DNA of 64,000 nucleotides from Caulobacterales bacterium (GTDB lineage Bacteria; Pseudomonadota; Alphaproteobacteria; Caulobacterales; Caulobacteraceae): NCBI GenBank assembly GCA_038226475.1, contig JBBRQK010000011.1:41727-105726 (forward strand), in the 5' to 3' direction. Each line of letters begins with the position of its first letter. Within the stretch, counting starts at the first letter, position 1. Below, in pieces: positions 30,519-39,962 of this stretch. Below the pieces are notes generated by a model, which did not search any database, had not been told where the DNA came from, and saw only the letters and a list, made by a program, of their open reading frames with translations. The translations under genes were made by a program, and so were the position numbers.

Positions 30519-32648
30519 ATGAGTCTAGTGCTTGAGCTGGTGATCGCCGCCGGCCTTCTGGCTGTGCTTTACGGCGCCGTCCAGACCGCCTCACTTCTGC
30601 GCGCTTCACCCGGCAACGCCAAGATGCAGGAGATCGCGGCCGCCATCCAGGAAGGCGCCCAGGCCTATCTGCGCCGCCAATACACCACCATCGCCATCGT
30701 CGGGGCCCTGATCCTGGTGGCGATCTTCCTTCTCATCGGCTGGACCGAGGCGCTCGGCTTCCTGATCGGCGCCGTACTCTCAGGCGCGGCCGGTTTCGCC
30801 GGCATGCTGATAAGCGTGCGCGCCAATGTGCGTACCGCCCAGGCAGCGTCGGAGAGTCTGGCCAAGGGCCTGTCGCTCGCCTTCCGCTCTGGGGCGGTCA
30901 CGGGCATGTTGGTGGCGGGCTTCGCCCTCCTGGGCGTGGCCGGCTACTACGGCATCCTCACCGGCGTGCTCGGGCGCGAGAACACCAGCCGCGACGTGAT
31001 CGATTCTCTGGTCGCGCTCGGGTTCGGCGCCTCCTTGATCTCGATCTTCGCCCGCCTGGGCGGCGGCATCTTCACCAAGGGCGCCGATGTGGGCGGTGAC
31101 ATGGTCGGCAAGGTCGAAGCCGGGATCCCCGAGGACGATCCGCGCAACGCGGCCACCATCGCCGACAATGTGGGCGACAACGTCGGCGACTGCGCCGGCA
31201 TGGCCGCCGATCTGTTCGAGACCTACGCGGTGACCACCGTCGCCACCATGGTGCTGGCGGCGATCTTCTTCCGCGGACTGCCCTCGGTGTCGGCCATGAT
31301 GCTGCTGCCGCTGGCGATCTGCGGCGTGTGCATCGTCACCTCGATCATCGGCGCCTTCGCCGTGCGCCTGGGCAAGAGCCAGAATATCATGGGCGCTCTC
31401 TACCAGGGCCTGATCGTGACCGGCGTCCTCTCGGTGGGCGCGGTATGGTGGGTGATCCATGCGCTGGTCCCCGCAGAAGGCGTGCAGGTGCTCGACAAGC
31501 TTGTCAGCCCCAATGCGCTCTTCCAGTGCGGTCTGGTCGGCTTGGCGGTGACGGCGGCCATTGTGGTCATCACCGAATACTACACGGGAACCAACTTTCG
31601 CCCAGTGAAGTCGATCGCCAAGGCCTCGGTTTCCGGCCACGGCACAAACGTCATCCAGGGCCTGGCCATGTCTCTGGAATCCACCGCCGCCCCCGCGCTG
31701 GTGATCATCGTCGGCATCGTGCTCACCTATCAGTTCGCGGGCCTGTTCGGCGTCGCCATCGCCACCACCACCATGCTTTCCCTTGCCGGATTCATCGTCG
31801 CCCTGGACGCCTTCGGCCCAGTGACCGACAACGCCGGAGGCATCGCCGAAATGGCCGGATTGCCCGGCGAAGTTCGCGTCTCCACCGATGCGCTCGACGC
31901 GGTGGGCAACACCACCAAGGCGGTGACCAAGGGCTATGCCATCGGTTCGGCCGGCCTGGGCGCCCTGGTCCTCTTCGCCGCCTACACCCAGGACCTGAAA
32001 TATTTCTCCGCCAATTCGGATCAGTTTCCGTTCTTTACCGGCATGGGCGCGGTCGCCTTCGATCTTTCAAACCCGTACGTCGTCGTCGGCCTCCTGTTCG
32101 GCGGCCTGCTGCCGTTTCTGTTCGGCGGCATGTCGATGACCGCGGTGGGCCGGGCGGCCGAGGCGGTGGTGGCCGAGGTGCGCCGCCAGTTCCGCGAGAA
32201 CCCCGGGATCATGACCTATGAGGTGAAGCCCGAATACGGCAAAGCGGTGGACATCCTCACCAAGGCGGCGATCCGTGAGATGATCGTCCCGTCCCTGCTG
32301 CCGGTGGCCTCCCCGGTGGTGCTTTTCTTCCTCGTCGAGCTGATAGCCGGCAAGTCCAATGCCTTCTCGGCTCTCGGGGCCATGCTGATGGGGGTGATTG
32401 TGACCGGCCTGTTCGTCGCCATCTCGATGACGTCCGGCGGCGGCGCCTGGGACAACGCCAAGAAGCTGATCGAGGAGGGCCACCACGGCGGCAAGGGCTC
32501 CGAGGCGCACAAGGCCGCCGTGACTGGCGACACCGTCGGCGATCCCTACAAGGATACCGCCGGCCCGGCCGTGAACCCGATGATCAAGATCACCAACATC
32601 GTCGCCCTGCTGTTGCTGGCCGTGCTTGCCCGGGGGGTCATCCACTAG
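30519..32648 (+). CDS. hppA: Membrane-bound H+-translocating pyrophosphatase, K+-independent type
   Basis: [32 protein letters not shown] (Lys marks the K+-independent class), [10 protein letters not shown]. Confidence 0.96.
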   Translation: MSLVLELVIAAGLLAVLYGAVQTASLLRASPGNAKMQEIAAAIQEGAQAYLRRQYTTIAIVGALILVAIFLLIGWTEALGFLIGAVLSGAAGFAGMLISVRANVRTAQAASESLAKGLSLAFRSGAVTGMLVAGFALLGVAGYYGILTGVLGRENTSRDVIDSLVALGFGASLISIFARLGGGIFTKGADVGGDMVGKVEAGIPEDDPRNAATIADNVGDNVGDCAGMAADLFETYAVTTVATMVLAAIFFRGLPSVSAMMLLPLAICGVCIVTSIIGAFAVRLGKSQNIMGALYQGLIVTGVLSVGAVWWVIHALVPAEGVQVLDKLVSPNALFQCGLVGLAVTAAIVVITEYYTGTNFRPVKSIAKASVSGHGTNVIQGLAMSLESTAAPALVIIVGIVLTYQFAGLFGVAIATTTMLSLAGFIVALDAFGPVTDNAGGIAEMAGLPGEVRVSTDALDAVGNTTKAVTKGYAIGSAGLGALVLFAAYTQDLKYFSANSDQFPFFTGMGAVAFDLSNPYVVVGLLFGGLLPFLFGGMSMTAVGRAAEAVVAEVRRQFRENPGIMTYEVKPEYGKAVDILTKAAIREMIVPSLLPVASPVVLFFLVELIAGKSNAFSALGAMLMGVIVTGLFVAISMTSGGGAWDNAKKLIEEGHHGGKGSEAHKAAVTGDTVGDPYKDTAGPAVNPMIKITNIVALLLLAVLARGVIH

Positions 32649-32674
32649 GCCCGGTGGTCGGGAGGGCGGACAGC

Positions 32675-32710
32675 AAAAAGCCCGCCGATCTTGCTGATCG
32701 GCGGGCTTGT
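32675..32710. terminator. Bidirectional intrinsic terminator (hppA / PEP-CTERM gene)
   Basis: AAAAAGCCCGCCGATC-TTGCT-GATCGGCGGGCTTGT, perfect 13-bp stem. Confidence 0.85.
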
Positions 32711-32740
32711 TGACGTCTCTCGAAATGCGTGCCGTCGGCG

Positions 32741-33415
32741 TTAGGCGACCGCTTCGAGGCGGCGGCGGCGGAGCGCCGCGCCCAGGCCGGCAAACCCGGC
32801 CAGAAGGAGAGCCCAGGCGGCGGGTTCCGGCACCCCGGCCGAGGCGATCGCCACATTGTCGATGAACGCCGTCTGGTCGGTGGTCGTGATCCCCAGGAAT
32901 TCGATGGTGTGATTCCCGGCCGACAGGTAGCTGAGGTTGATCGCCTGGGCGGTGAACGCCTGGCCGCTGGTGGTCTGGAACAGCCCATGCCGCGCGCCGT
33001 CGATCAGCACGCGGAACGTCTGATTGCCCGCGTAGGCGCCGAAGTCAGGGCGCCCTGCGTCATAGAAGGTCAGAAACAGCGGATGGCTCAGATCGCTTGC
33101 CGAGACGGTGAAGCTCTGGGAGATCGACCCACCGCCCTGCACGCCGGCGAATTGCGCGCCGTCGAAGCCCGGAGGCGGCGTGGCGCCGTACCAATCGCTG
33201 TAGCCGGTGGCGTTAATGACGACGCCCCCGCCGTCATAGGTCCAACCGTCAAGGGTCGTGGGCATCGAGAGCCCCGGATAGAGATATTGGCCCGTGGTCA
33301 GGGCGGGCGCCTCGAAGCTGCCGTTCGTGATCAGGTTGGCGGCCGAGGCGGCGCAGGGCGCGAGCGCGGCGGCGCTCAGGCCGATAGCAGCGATCGCGGT
33401 CATGGGAATTCGCAT
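32741..33415 (-). CDS. PEPxxWA-CTERM surface protein (exosortase target)
   Basis: Signal peptide, NLITNGSFEAP, C-terminal VPEPAAWALLLAGFAGLGAALRRRR. Confidence 0.92.
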   Translation of the reverse strand: MRIPMTAIAAIGLSAAALAPCAASAANLITNGSFEAPALTTGQYLYPGLSMPTTLDGWTYDGGGVVINATGYSDWYGATPPPGFDGAQFAGVQGGGSISQSFTVSASDLSHPLFLTFYDAGRPDFGAYAGNQTFRVLIDGARHGLFQTTSGQAFTAQAINLSYLSAGNHTIEFLGITTTDQTAFIDNVAIASAGVPEPAAWALLLAGFAGLGAALRRRRLEAVA

Positions 33416-33592
33416 CTGAAGCGCCTCATCTGTGAAACTGTGTCGTGATTGCGGCGATTGTGGCTCCGTTCCGCCGCCATGTCCATGAAAAAAGGCGCGA
33501 ACCCAAAGTATGTTGCATGATATCGTGCTTGTGCCCGACGGGGCGCATCCTGGCGCCTGATTGCCGTCACGGAGGCGATACCTCGGCGGCGG

Positions 33593-33677
33593 GCGGATGT
33601 GGCGGAATTGGCAGACGCACTGGGTTTAGGTCCCAGCGCCGCGAGGCGTGGAGGTTCGAGTCCTCTCATCCGCACCA
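33593..33677 (+). tRNA. tRNA-Leu(TAG)
   Basis: Acceptor GCGGATG/CATCCGC, anticodon arm CTGGG-TTTAGGT-CCCAG, long variable arm, GGTTCGAGTCC, encoded CCA. Confidence 0.97.
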
Positions 33678-33736
33678 AGGCAGGCCCTCGGGGTTGAGGG
33701 AGCCGCGCGCGCATGACATAAACCGCCCTCGTTTCG

Positions 33737-33780
33737 CGCCGCCTGCCGGGTCGGACCCTGGCGGCGGCGTTTTCGTTTTT
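33737..33780 (+). terminator. GC-rich hairpin plus U-tract between tRNA-Leu and tig
   Basis: CGCCGCCTGCCGGGT-CGG-ACCCTGGCGGCGGCG-TTTTCGTTTTT. Confidence 0.55.
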
Positions 33781-33796
33781 GCCTAGGATCGATCCC

Positions 33797-35329
33797 ATGC
33801 AGGTCACCGAGACCCTCAACGAAACCCTGAGCCGCGCCTATGGCGTGCGGGTGCCGGCCGCCGAGCTGGGCGCGTTGCTCGACGCTCGCATCGCTGAGAT
33901 CGCCCCGACCCTGAATCTAAAGGGCTTTCGTCCGGGCAAGGTGCCGCAGGGCCACGTGCGCAAGCTCTATGGCAAGGCCCTGATGGGCGAGGTGATCGAA
34001 AAGACGATCAACGAGACCTCCCGCCAGGTGCTCGACGACCACAAACTGCGCGTTGCCGCCCAGCCTGATTTGAAGCCTTCCTCCGACATGGACCGGGTGC
34101 TGGCCGGCGGGGAGGATCTGACCTACGACCTCGAAGTCGAGCTGATGCCCGATTTCGAGCCGGCCGACGTATCGACACTCACCTTGACGCGCATGGTCTA
34201 TGCGCCGGCCGAGGCGGAGATCGACGAAGCCCTGGCAGAGGTCGCCGCCCAGAACCGCACCTATGCCGCACGGGCCGGCAAGAGTACCAAGGCCAGGGAC
34301 GGGGATCAGTTGCTGGTCGATTTCGTCGGCCGCGTGGGGGGTGAGGCTTTCGAGGGCGGCGCGGCGAGCGACGCGGAGATCGTCATCGGCGCCGGTCGCT
34401 TCATTTCGGGTTTCGAGGAGCAGTTGGTGGGCGCGGCGCCCGGGGCCGATGTGACCGTCACCGTGACCTTCCCCGAGGCCTATCAGGTCGAGGCCCTGAA
34501 GGGCCGCGAGGCCGTGTTCGACGTCAACGTCAAGGAAGTGCGCGCGCCCAAGGACGCCAAGGCCGACGACGATCTGGCCAAGAACCTCGGCCTGGCCGAC
34601 TTGGCCGCCTTGCGCGAGGCGATCCGCTCCAGCTTGGCGGCCCAATACGCCAAGACCTCACGCTTCAAGCTCAAGCGCGCCCTGCTGGACGCCCTCGATA
34701 CCCGCCACGACATCCCCCTGCCGCCGCGCATGGTCGAGGCCGAGTTCAACAGCGTGTGGGACCAAGTCAAGAAGGACGAGGCCTCCGGCGAGGCTTCCCC
34801 CGAGGATGAGGGCAAGCCCGAAGAGGTGTTGCGCGCCGAGTACCGGCGGATCGCCGAGCGCCGCGTGCGCCTGGGCCTGGTTCTGGCCGAAATCGGCCGG
34901 CGCCAGAATGTCGTGGTGACCGATCAGGAACTGACCGACGCCATGCGCGAGGAGGCGATGAAGTATGGCGAAATGGCCCAGCAAATGTTCGACCTGCTGC
35001 GCAAGAACGCCCAGGCCCAGGCCAACATGCGCGCGCCACTGTACGAGGAGAAGGTGGTCGATCTGATCATCGCCGGCGCCAAGGTAACCGACAGGCTGGT
35101 CTCCAAGGACGAGCTGATGAAGGAGGACGAACTGCCCGAGGGCTTCGGCGAGCCCGCCGATGCACCGCCCGCCAAGGCCAAGGCGCCGAAGAAAGCCAAG
35201 GCTTCAAAGGCCGCCGCGTCCGAGCCGGCCGAGCCGGCGACCGAAGCCAAGGCCGAAAGCGGGGCCGAGGCCAAAGCGAAGCCAGTCAGGTCGAAGGCCA
35301 AACCCAAGGCCAAGCCGCAGGCAGACTAG
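33797..35329 (+). CDS. tig: Trigger factor with Ala/Lys/Pro-rich C-terminal tail
   Basis: GFRPGKVP signature, FKBP domain ([13 protein letters not shown]), RRVRLGLVL. Confidence 0.97.
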   Translation: MQVTETLNETLSRAYGVRVPAAELGALLDARIAEIAPTLNLKGFRPGKVPQGHVRKLYGKALMGEVIEKTINETSRQVLDDHKLRVAAQPDLKPSSDMDRVLAGGEDLTYDLEVELMPDFEPADVSTLTLTRMVYAPAEAEIDEALAEVAAQNRTYAARAGKSTKARDGDQLLVDFVGRVGGEAFEGGAASDAEIVIGAGRFISGFEEQLVGAAPGADVTVTVTFPEAYQVEALKGREAVFDVNVKEVRAPKDAKADDDLAKNLGLADLAALREAIRSSLAAQYAKTSRFKLKRALLDALDTRHDIPLPPRMVEAEFNSVWDQVKKDEASGEASPEDEGKPEEVLRAEYRRIAERRVRLGLVLAEIGRRQNVVVTDQELTDAMREEAMKYGEMAQQMFDLLRKNAQAQANMRAPLYEEKVVDLIIAGAKVTDRLVSKDELMKEDELPEGFGEPADAPPAKAKAPKKAKASKAAASEPAEPATEAKAESGAEAKAKPVRSKAKPKAKPQAD

Positions 35330-35337
35330 ACCGGGCG

Positions 35338-35367
35338 CTTGAATGACGCCCGCCTCGGGGCGATATC
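35338..35367 (+). promoter_or_regulatory. Putative sigma32 (RpoH) promoter for clpP
   Basis: CTTGAA-N17-CGATATC. Confidence 0.45.
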
Positions 35368-35392
35368 AGGAAGCCATGCGAAGGACCGCGCG

Positions 35393-36025
35393 ATGATCGA
35401 CACACCAGCCCATTCCCTCAATCTCGTGCCGATGGTGGTCGAGCAGTCTGCCAGGGGCGAGCGCGCCTTCGACATCTTCTCGCGCCTGCTGCGCGAGCGT
35501 GTGGTGTTCCTGAACGGCCCGGTGGACGACGGCATGTCGGCGCTGATCTGCGCTCAGCTTCTGTACCTGGAGTCCGAGTTTCCCAAGAAGCAGATCGATA
35601 TGTACATCAATTCGCCGGGTGGCGTCGTCACCTCTGGCCTCGCGATCTACGACACCATGCAATACATCCGTTGCCCGGTCGCCACGACCTGCATGGGCAT
35701 GGCCGCCTCCATGGGCTCGTTCCTGCTGATGGCCGGAGAGCCGGGCCTGCGCGTCGCTCTCCCCAACGCCCGCATCATGCTGCACCAGCCTTCGGGTGGC
35801 TTTTCCGGCAAGGCGTCCGACATCGAGCGCCACGCCGAGGACATCCTCAAGACCAAGCGGCGGTTGAACGAACTCTACGCCAAACACACCGGTCGCAGCT
35901 ACGAGGAGGTCGAACGCACCCTCGACCGCGACCATTTCATGGACGCCGAGGAAGCCAAGGTCTGGGGCATCGTCGACCACATCTACGAGAGCCGCGTCGC
36001 CTCCGAAGCCGCGGCCGCGCTTTAG
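35393..36025 (+). CDS. clpP: ATP-dependent Clp protease proteolytic subunit
   Basis: [38 protein letters not shown]. Confidence 0.98.
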   Translation: MIDTPAHSLNLVPMVVEQSARGERAFDIFSRLLRERVVFLNGPVDDGMSALICAQLLYLESEFPKKQIDMYINSPGGVVTSGLAIYDTMQYIRCPVATTCMGMAASMGSFLLMAGEPGLRVALPNARIMLHQPSGGFSGKASDIERHAEDILKTKRRLNELYAKHTGRSYEEVERTLDRDHFMDAEEAKVWGIVDHIYESRVASEAAAAL

Positions 36026-36288
36026 GGCGGGGCGCTCAGCCGTTCGTCCAGGGCGCGGATCAGCGCCGCGGGGCCACCTTCGCCATCCACTCTCAGGCGC
36101 TCGAAGCCCTTGCCGTCGGCCGCGCGGACGTCGGCGAACAGGCCGGAAGGGTCTTCGTGGAAGTGCAGAAAGGCCCTGGATCTGCGGTAGAAAACGCCGC
36201 GCCCCTTCTCGATCAGGCCTTGCCGATCGCGCACCGCCGCGAGCAAAGGCTCGAGCCGGTCGAGGGATCCGGGTCCGGCGTGTCTCAT
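36022..36288 (-). CDS. Conserved hypothetical protein (88 aa)
   Basis: ATGA-coupled to the cicA stop; [24 protein letters not shown] motif. Confidence 0.7.
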   Translation of the reverse strand: MRHAGPGSLDRLEPLLAAVRDRQGLIEKGRGVFYRRSRAFLHFHEDPSGLFADVRAADGKGFERLRVDGEGGPAALIRALDERLSAPP

Positions 36289-36923
36289 GGCTGTCCCGTG
36301 AAGACCTTCATGCCCGGTGCGCGGGCAAGGGCCAGCATCTCGATGTCGCCATCGCTGTCGCCGTATGCGGCTTCCAGGCGGATATCGGGGCCGAAGGCCG
36401 CGCGCAGCCGGACGACTTTCTCTGGGCCGCGACAGTTGGGTCCCGCCAAGGCCGCGGTGGCCCGGCCCGCCGCATCGAGCGCCAGACGCGTGGCAATCAG
36501 TCGCTCCGCGCCCAACCGCCTCGCGAAGGGAGCAACGAGAAACTCAGGCGAAGCCGTGACGATCGCGAGCCGGGCGCCGCGCGCCCGCCAGTTCTCCCAG
36601 CAGGCCAGGGCGTCCGGACGCATCAGTCCCACCCACGCCCGAGCCGCGAATGTCTGGGCCGCCGCCTCCAGGTCGGACAGCGCGTCGCCCTGGAGGAATA
36701 CCCGCGCCGTCGCCGCCTTCAGCCGCGCCCGGTCGCGGTCGGTGGCATAGGCCAGCACCGCCGGCCCCAGTTTCGCCATGCCGGCGGCGTAGCCAAACGG
36801 CCCGGCGCGCCAGGCCAGGAAGGCGCGAAAACTATCCCGGCAGGTGAGGGTGCCGTCGAAATCGAACGCCACGAGTGGGCCGCCGTCCGCGCCCGGATGG
36901 CGCCGGTCGGGCGCTGTCCCCAT
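36285..36923 (-). CDS. cicA: HAD-IB family hydrolase CicA (alternative start 36950)
   Basis: AFDFDGTLT, IVTASP, NCRGPEKV, AYGDSDGD; antisense between clpP and clpX as in Caulobacter. Confidence 0.85.
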   Translation of the reverse strand: MGTAPDRRHPGADGGPLVAFDFDGTLTCRDSFRAFLAWRAGPFGYAAGMAKLGPAVLAYATDRDRARLKAATARVFLQGDALSDLEAAAQTFAARAWVGLMRPDALACWENWRARGARLAIVTASPEFLVAPFARRLGAERLIATRLALDAAGRATAALAGPNCRGPEKVVRLRAAFGPDIRLEAAYGDSDGDIEMLALARAPGMKVFTGQP

Positions 36924-37052
36924 ATGCGGCGGCGCCGGAAGCGGCATCATGGGCTTGTGATCCGCTTCCGGATCGGGGAATGTCAAGTCCGAAACCCCCG
37001 GGGGTGGTCGGCCTGCGCGTGGCGCGAGTGCTCCGGAGAGTGAGAAGCGAAG

Positions 37053-38315
37053 ATGACGAAAGCCGCCAGCGGCGATAGCAAGAGCACTCTGTACTGCTCT
37101 TTCTGCGGTAAGAGTCAGCATGAGGTACGCAAGCTGATCGCGGGACCGACTGTGTTCATCTGCGATGAATGCGTCGAGCTTTGCATGGACATCATTCGGG
37201 AAGAGACGAAGGTCACCTTCGTCAAGTCGAAGGACGGGGTCCCGACGCCGCGCGAAATCCGTGAGGTGCTGAACGACTACGTGATCGGCCAGGAGCACGC
37301 CAAGAAGGTGCTCTCGGTCGCGGTGCACAACCACTACAAGCGCCTCAACCACGCCCAGAAGAACAACGACGTCGAGCTGGCCAAATCCAACATCCTGCTC
37401 GTCGGCCCGACCGGCGTCGGCAAGACCTTGCTGGCTCAGACCCTGGCGCGAATCATCGACGTGCCGTTCACCATGGCCGACGCCACCACCCTGACCGAGG
37501 CGGGCTATGTGGGTGAGGATGTGGAGAACATCATCCTCAAGCTCCTGCAGGCGGCCGACTACAACGTCGAGCGGGCTCAGCGCGGCATCGTCTATATCGA
37601 CGAGGTCGACAAGATCAGTCGCAAATCCGACAACCCCTCGATCACCCGCGACGTATCGGGCGAAGGCGTGCAGCAGGCGCTCCTGAAGATCATGGAGGGC
37701 ACCGTCGCCTCCGTGCCGCCCCAGGGTGGGCGCAAGCATCCACAGCAGGAGTTCCTGCAGGTCGACACCACCAACATGCTGTTCATCTGCGGCGGCGCTT
37801 TCTCGGGGCTCGAGAAGATCATCTCCAGCCGCGGCAAGGGCACCTCGATCGGCTTCTCGGCCAAGGTCTCGGATCCCGACGACCGCCGTACGGGCGAAGT
37901 GCTGCGCCAGGTCGAGCCGGACGACCTGCAGCGCTTCGGATTGATCCCCGAGTTCATCGGCCGTCTGCCGGTGATCGCCACTCTCGACGATCTCGACGAA
38001 GGGGCCCTGGTCAAGATTCTCACCGAGCCCAAGAACGCCCTGGTCAAGCAATACCAGCGTCTGTTCGACATGGAGAATGTCGGCCTGGCCTTCACTGACG
38101 ATGCGTTGAAAGCGGTCGCCCGCAAGGCTATTCTGCGCAAGACCGGCGCCCGGGGCCTGCGTTCGATCCTGGAAGGCATCCTGCTCGAGACCATGTTCGA
38201 ACTGCCCACCCTGCAGGGCGTGGAGGAGGTCGTGGTCAACGCCGAAGTCGTCGAGGGCCGTGGCTCGCCTCTGATGATCTACGCCGAAAAGAAGAGCGGC
38301 GCCGCCTCGGCCTGA
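37053..38315 (+). CDS. clpX: ATP-dependent Clp protease ATP-binding subunit ClpX
   Basis: CSFCGK Zn finger, [22 protein letters not shown] loop. Confidence 0.99.
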   Translation: MTKAASGDSKSTLYCSFCGKSQHEVRKLIAGPTVFICDECVELCMDIIREETKVTFVKSKDGVPTPREIREVLNDYVIGQEHAKKVLSVAVHNHYKRLNHAQKNNDVELAKSNILLVGPTGVGKTLLAQTLARIIDVPFTMADATTLTEAGYVGEDVENIILKLLQAADYNVERAQRGIVYIDEVDKISRKSDNPSITRDVSGEGVQQALLKIMEGTVASVPPQGGRKHPQQEFLQVDTTNMLFICGGAFSGLEKIISSRGKGTSIGFSAKVSDPDDRRTGEVLRQVEPDDLQRFGLIPEFIGRLPVIATLDDLDEGALVKILTEPKNALVKQYQRLFDMENVGLAFTDDALKAVARKAILRKTGARGLRSILEGILLETMFELPTLQGVEEVVVNAEVVEGRGSPLMIYAEKKSGAASA

Positions 38316-38324
38316 GGCCTGCCG

Positions 38325-39821
38325 TTGGCCAACGCGCTTTGGGACGCCCTGGCGGGGGCGCCGGCGGACGGCGCTCCGGCGCTGATCACGTCGTCGCAAG
38401 AGCTCAGTCATGCCGCGCTGAGAGCCGAGACGGGCCGGATGGCGGCGGCCCTGGTGGCGCTCGGCGTCGCGCCCGGCGACCGGGTCGCGGCCTGCATCGA
38501 GAAATCGGCCGCCAATCTAGTCCTCTACCTGGCCACGATTCGGGCTGGCGCGGTGTTCCTGCCGCTAAACCCGGCCTACACCTTCGCCGAGCGCGCCTTC
38601 TTCCTGCGCGACGCCGAACCAGCCCTGGTCGTGTGCGATCCGGCCGCGCGCAAGGCCATGGTGGGGAGCGGCGGCGCGGCGCGGGTGGAGACGCTTGATG
38701 CGGCGGGCGAGGGGAGTCTGGCCGGCCTCGCGGCCGGTCAGGGCGCGTCGTTCTCCACCATCCCGCGGGGCGAGGACGACCTGGCCGCCATTTGCTACAC
38801 TTCGGGGACGACCGGCCGGTCCAAGGGCGCCATGCTGACCCACCGCGCCCTGGTCTCTAACGCCAGGGCCCTGGCTGAACTGTGGCGCTTCAGCTCTCGC
38901 GACGTTCTGATCCACGCCCTGCCGCTCTATCATATCCACGGCCTGTTCATCGCCGCCAACACGGCGCTGATGAGCGGTGCGGCCATGCGCCTGCTGCCGA
39001 GGTTCGACGCCGACGCGGTGCTGGCCGCCATGCCGGGCGCAACCTGCCTGATGGGTGTTCCGACCTTTTACACCCGCCTGCTGGACCAGCCCGGCCTCAC
39101 GCGAGAGGCGACGAGGGCCATGCGCCTGTTCGTTAGTGGATCGGCGCCGCTGCTCGCCCGAACGCATGACGCCTGGAGAGAGGTGACCGGCCACGCCATC
39201 CTCGAGCGTTACGGCATGACCGAGACCGGTATCCTCGCCTCCAACCCCTACGACGGGGACCGGGTCGCCGGCTCGGTCGGCTTTCCTCTGCCTGGCGTCG
39301 ACCTGCGCCTGGTCGATGGCGGCGGCCAGATCGTCGCGCCGAACGCTGTCGGAGCGATCGAGGTGAAGGGCCCCAACGTCTGCTCCGGCTATTGGCGAAA
39401 CGAGGCGGCCACGCGGGAGGCGTTCGGCGACGACGGCTGGTTCGCCACCGGCGATCTGGCCTCGAAGGACGCGCGTGGCTACCTGTCGATCGTGGGCCGA
39501 GACAAAGACCTGATCATCACCGGCGGGCTCAACGTCTATCCGAAGGAGGTCGAGGCGGCGATCGATGCCGCGCCAGGCGTTACCGAGAGCGCGGTGATCG
39601 GTGTTCCGCACCTTGATCTGGGAGAAGCCGTGGTCGCGGTGGTGACGCCTGCCGATGCTGGGGTGAGCGAGGCGGCTGTCCTGTCGGCGGTCGGCGAGGT
39701 GCTGGCGCCTTATAAGCGGCCCAAGCGAATCCTGTTCGTCGCCGAGTTGCCGCGGAACGCCATGGGCAAGGTCGAGAAGGCCAGACTGCGCGCCGATCAC
39801 GCGCGGCTGTTCGCTTCGTGA
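38325..39821 (+). CDS. matB: Malonyl-CoA synthetase-like acyl-CoA ligase
   Basis: YTSGTTGRSKGAML, HALPLYHIHGLF, GVPTFYTRLL, LERYGMTET, LPRNAMGKV. Confidence 0.8.
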   Translation: MANALWDALAGAPADGAPALITSSQELSHAALRAETGRMAAALVALGVAPGDRVAACIEKSAANLVLYLATIRAGAVFLPLNPAYTFAERAFFLRDAEPALVVCDPAARKAMVGSGGAARVETLDAAGEGSLAGLAAGQGASFSTIPRGEDDLAAICYTSGTTGRSKGAMLTHRALVSNARALAELWRFSSRDVLIHALPLYHIHGLFIAANTALMSGAAMRLLPRFDADAVLAAMPGATCLMGVPTFYTRLLDQPGLTREATRAMRLFVSGSAPLLARTHDAWREVTGHAILERYGMTETGILASNPYDGDRVAGSVGFPLPGVDLRLVDGGGQIVAPNAVGAIEVKGPNVCSGYWRNEAATREAFGDDGWFATGDLASKDARGYLSIVGRDKDLIITGGLNVYPKEVEAAIDAAPGVTESAVIGVPHLDLGEAVVAVVTPADAGVSEAAVLSAVGEVLAPYKRPKRILFVAELPRNAMGKVEKARLRADHARLFAS

Positions 39822-39827
39822 CCCTTT

Positions 39828-39857
39828 CTTGAACCTCGCCCGTACAAACTCCACATA
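39828..39857 (+). promoter_or_regulatory. Putative sigma32 (RpoH) promoter for lon
   Basis: CTTGAA-N17-CCACATA upstream of lon. Confidence 0.55.
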
Positions 39858-39962
39858 CGACTGGAACCCGGGCGACTCGATGCATGGTCGAGACAGCCGA
39901 TGGGATAGTTTCAAAGCCGCCGCCCGCGCCCCCCAGGGTTCGCCCGCCGGTCAGGAGTGATC

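Noticed and set aside
33420-33560. Sigma54/PrsR promoter for the PEP-CTERM gene
   Set aside because: No correctly spaced GG-N10-GC consensus could be supported.
36951-38411. 708-aa minus-strand ORF as a large HAD fusion
   Set aside because: The N-terminal part is the antisense shadow of clpX. Only the CicA portion is real.
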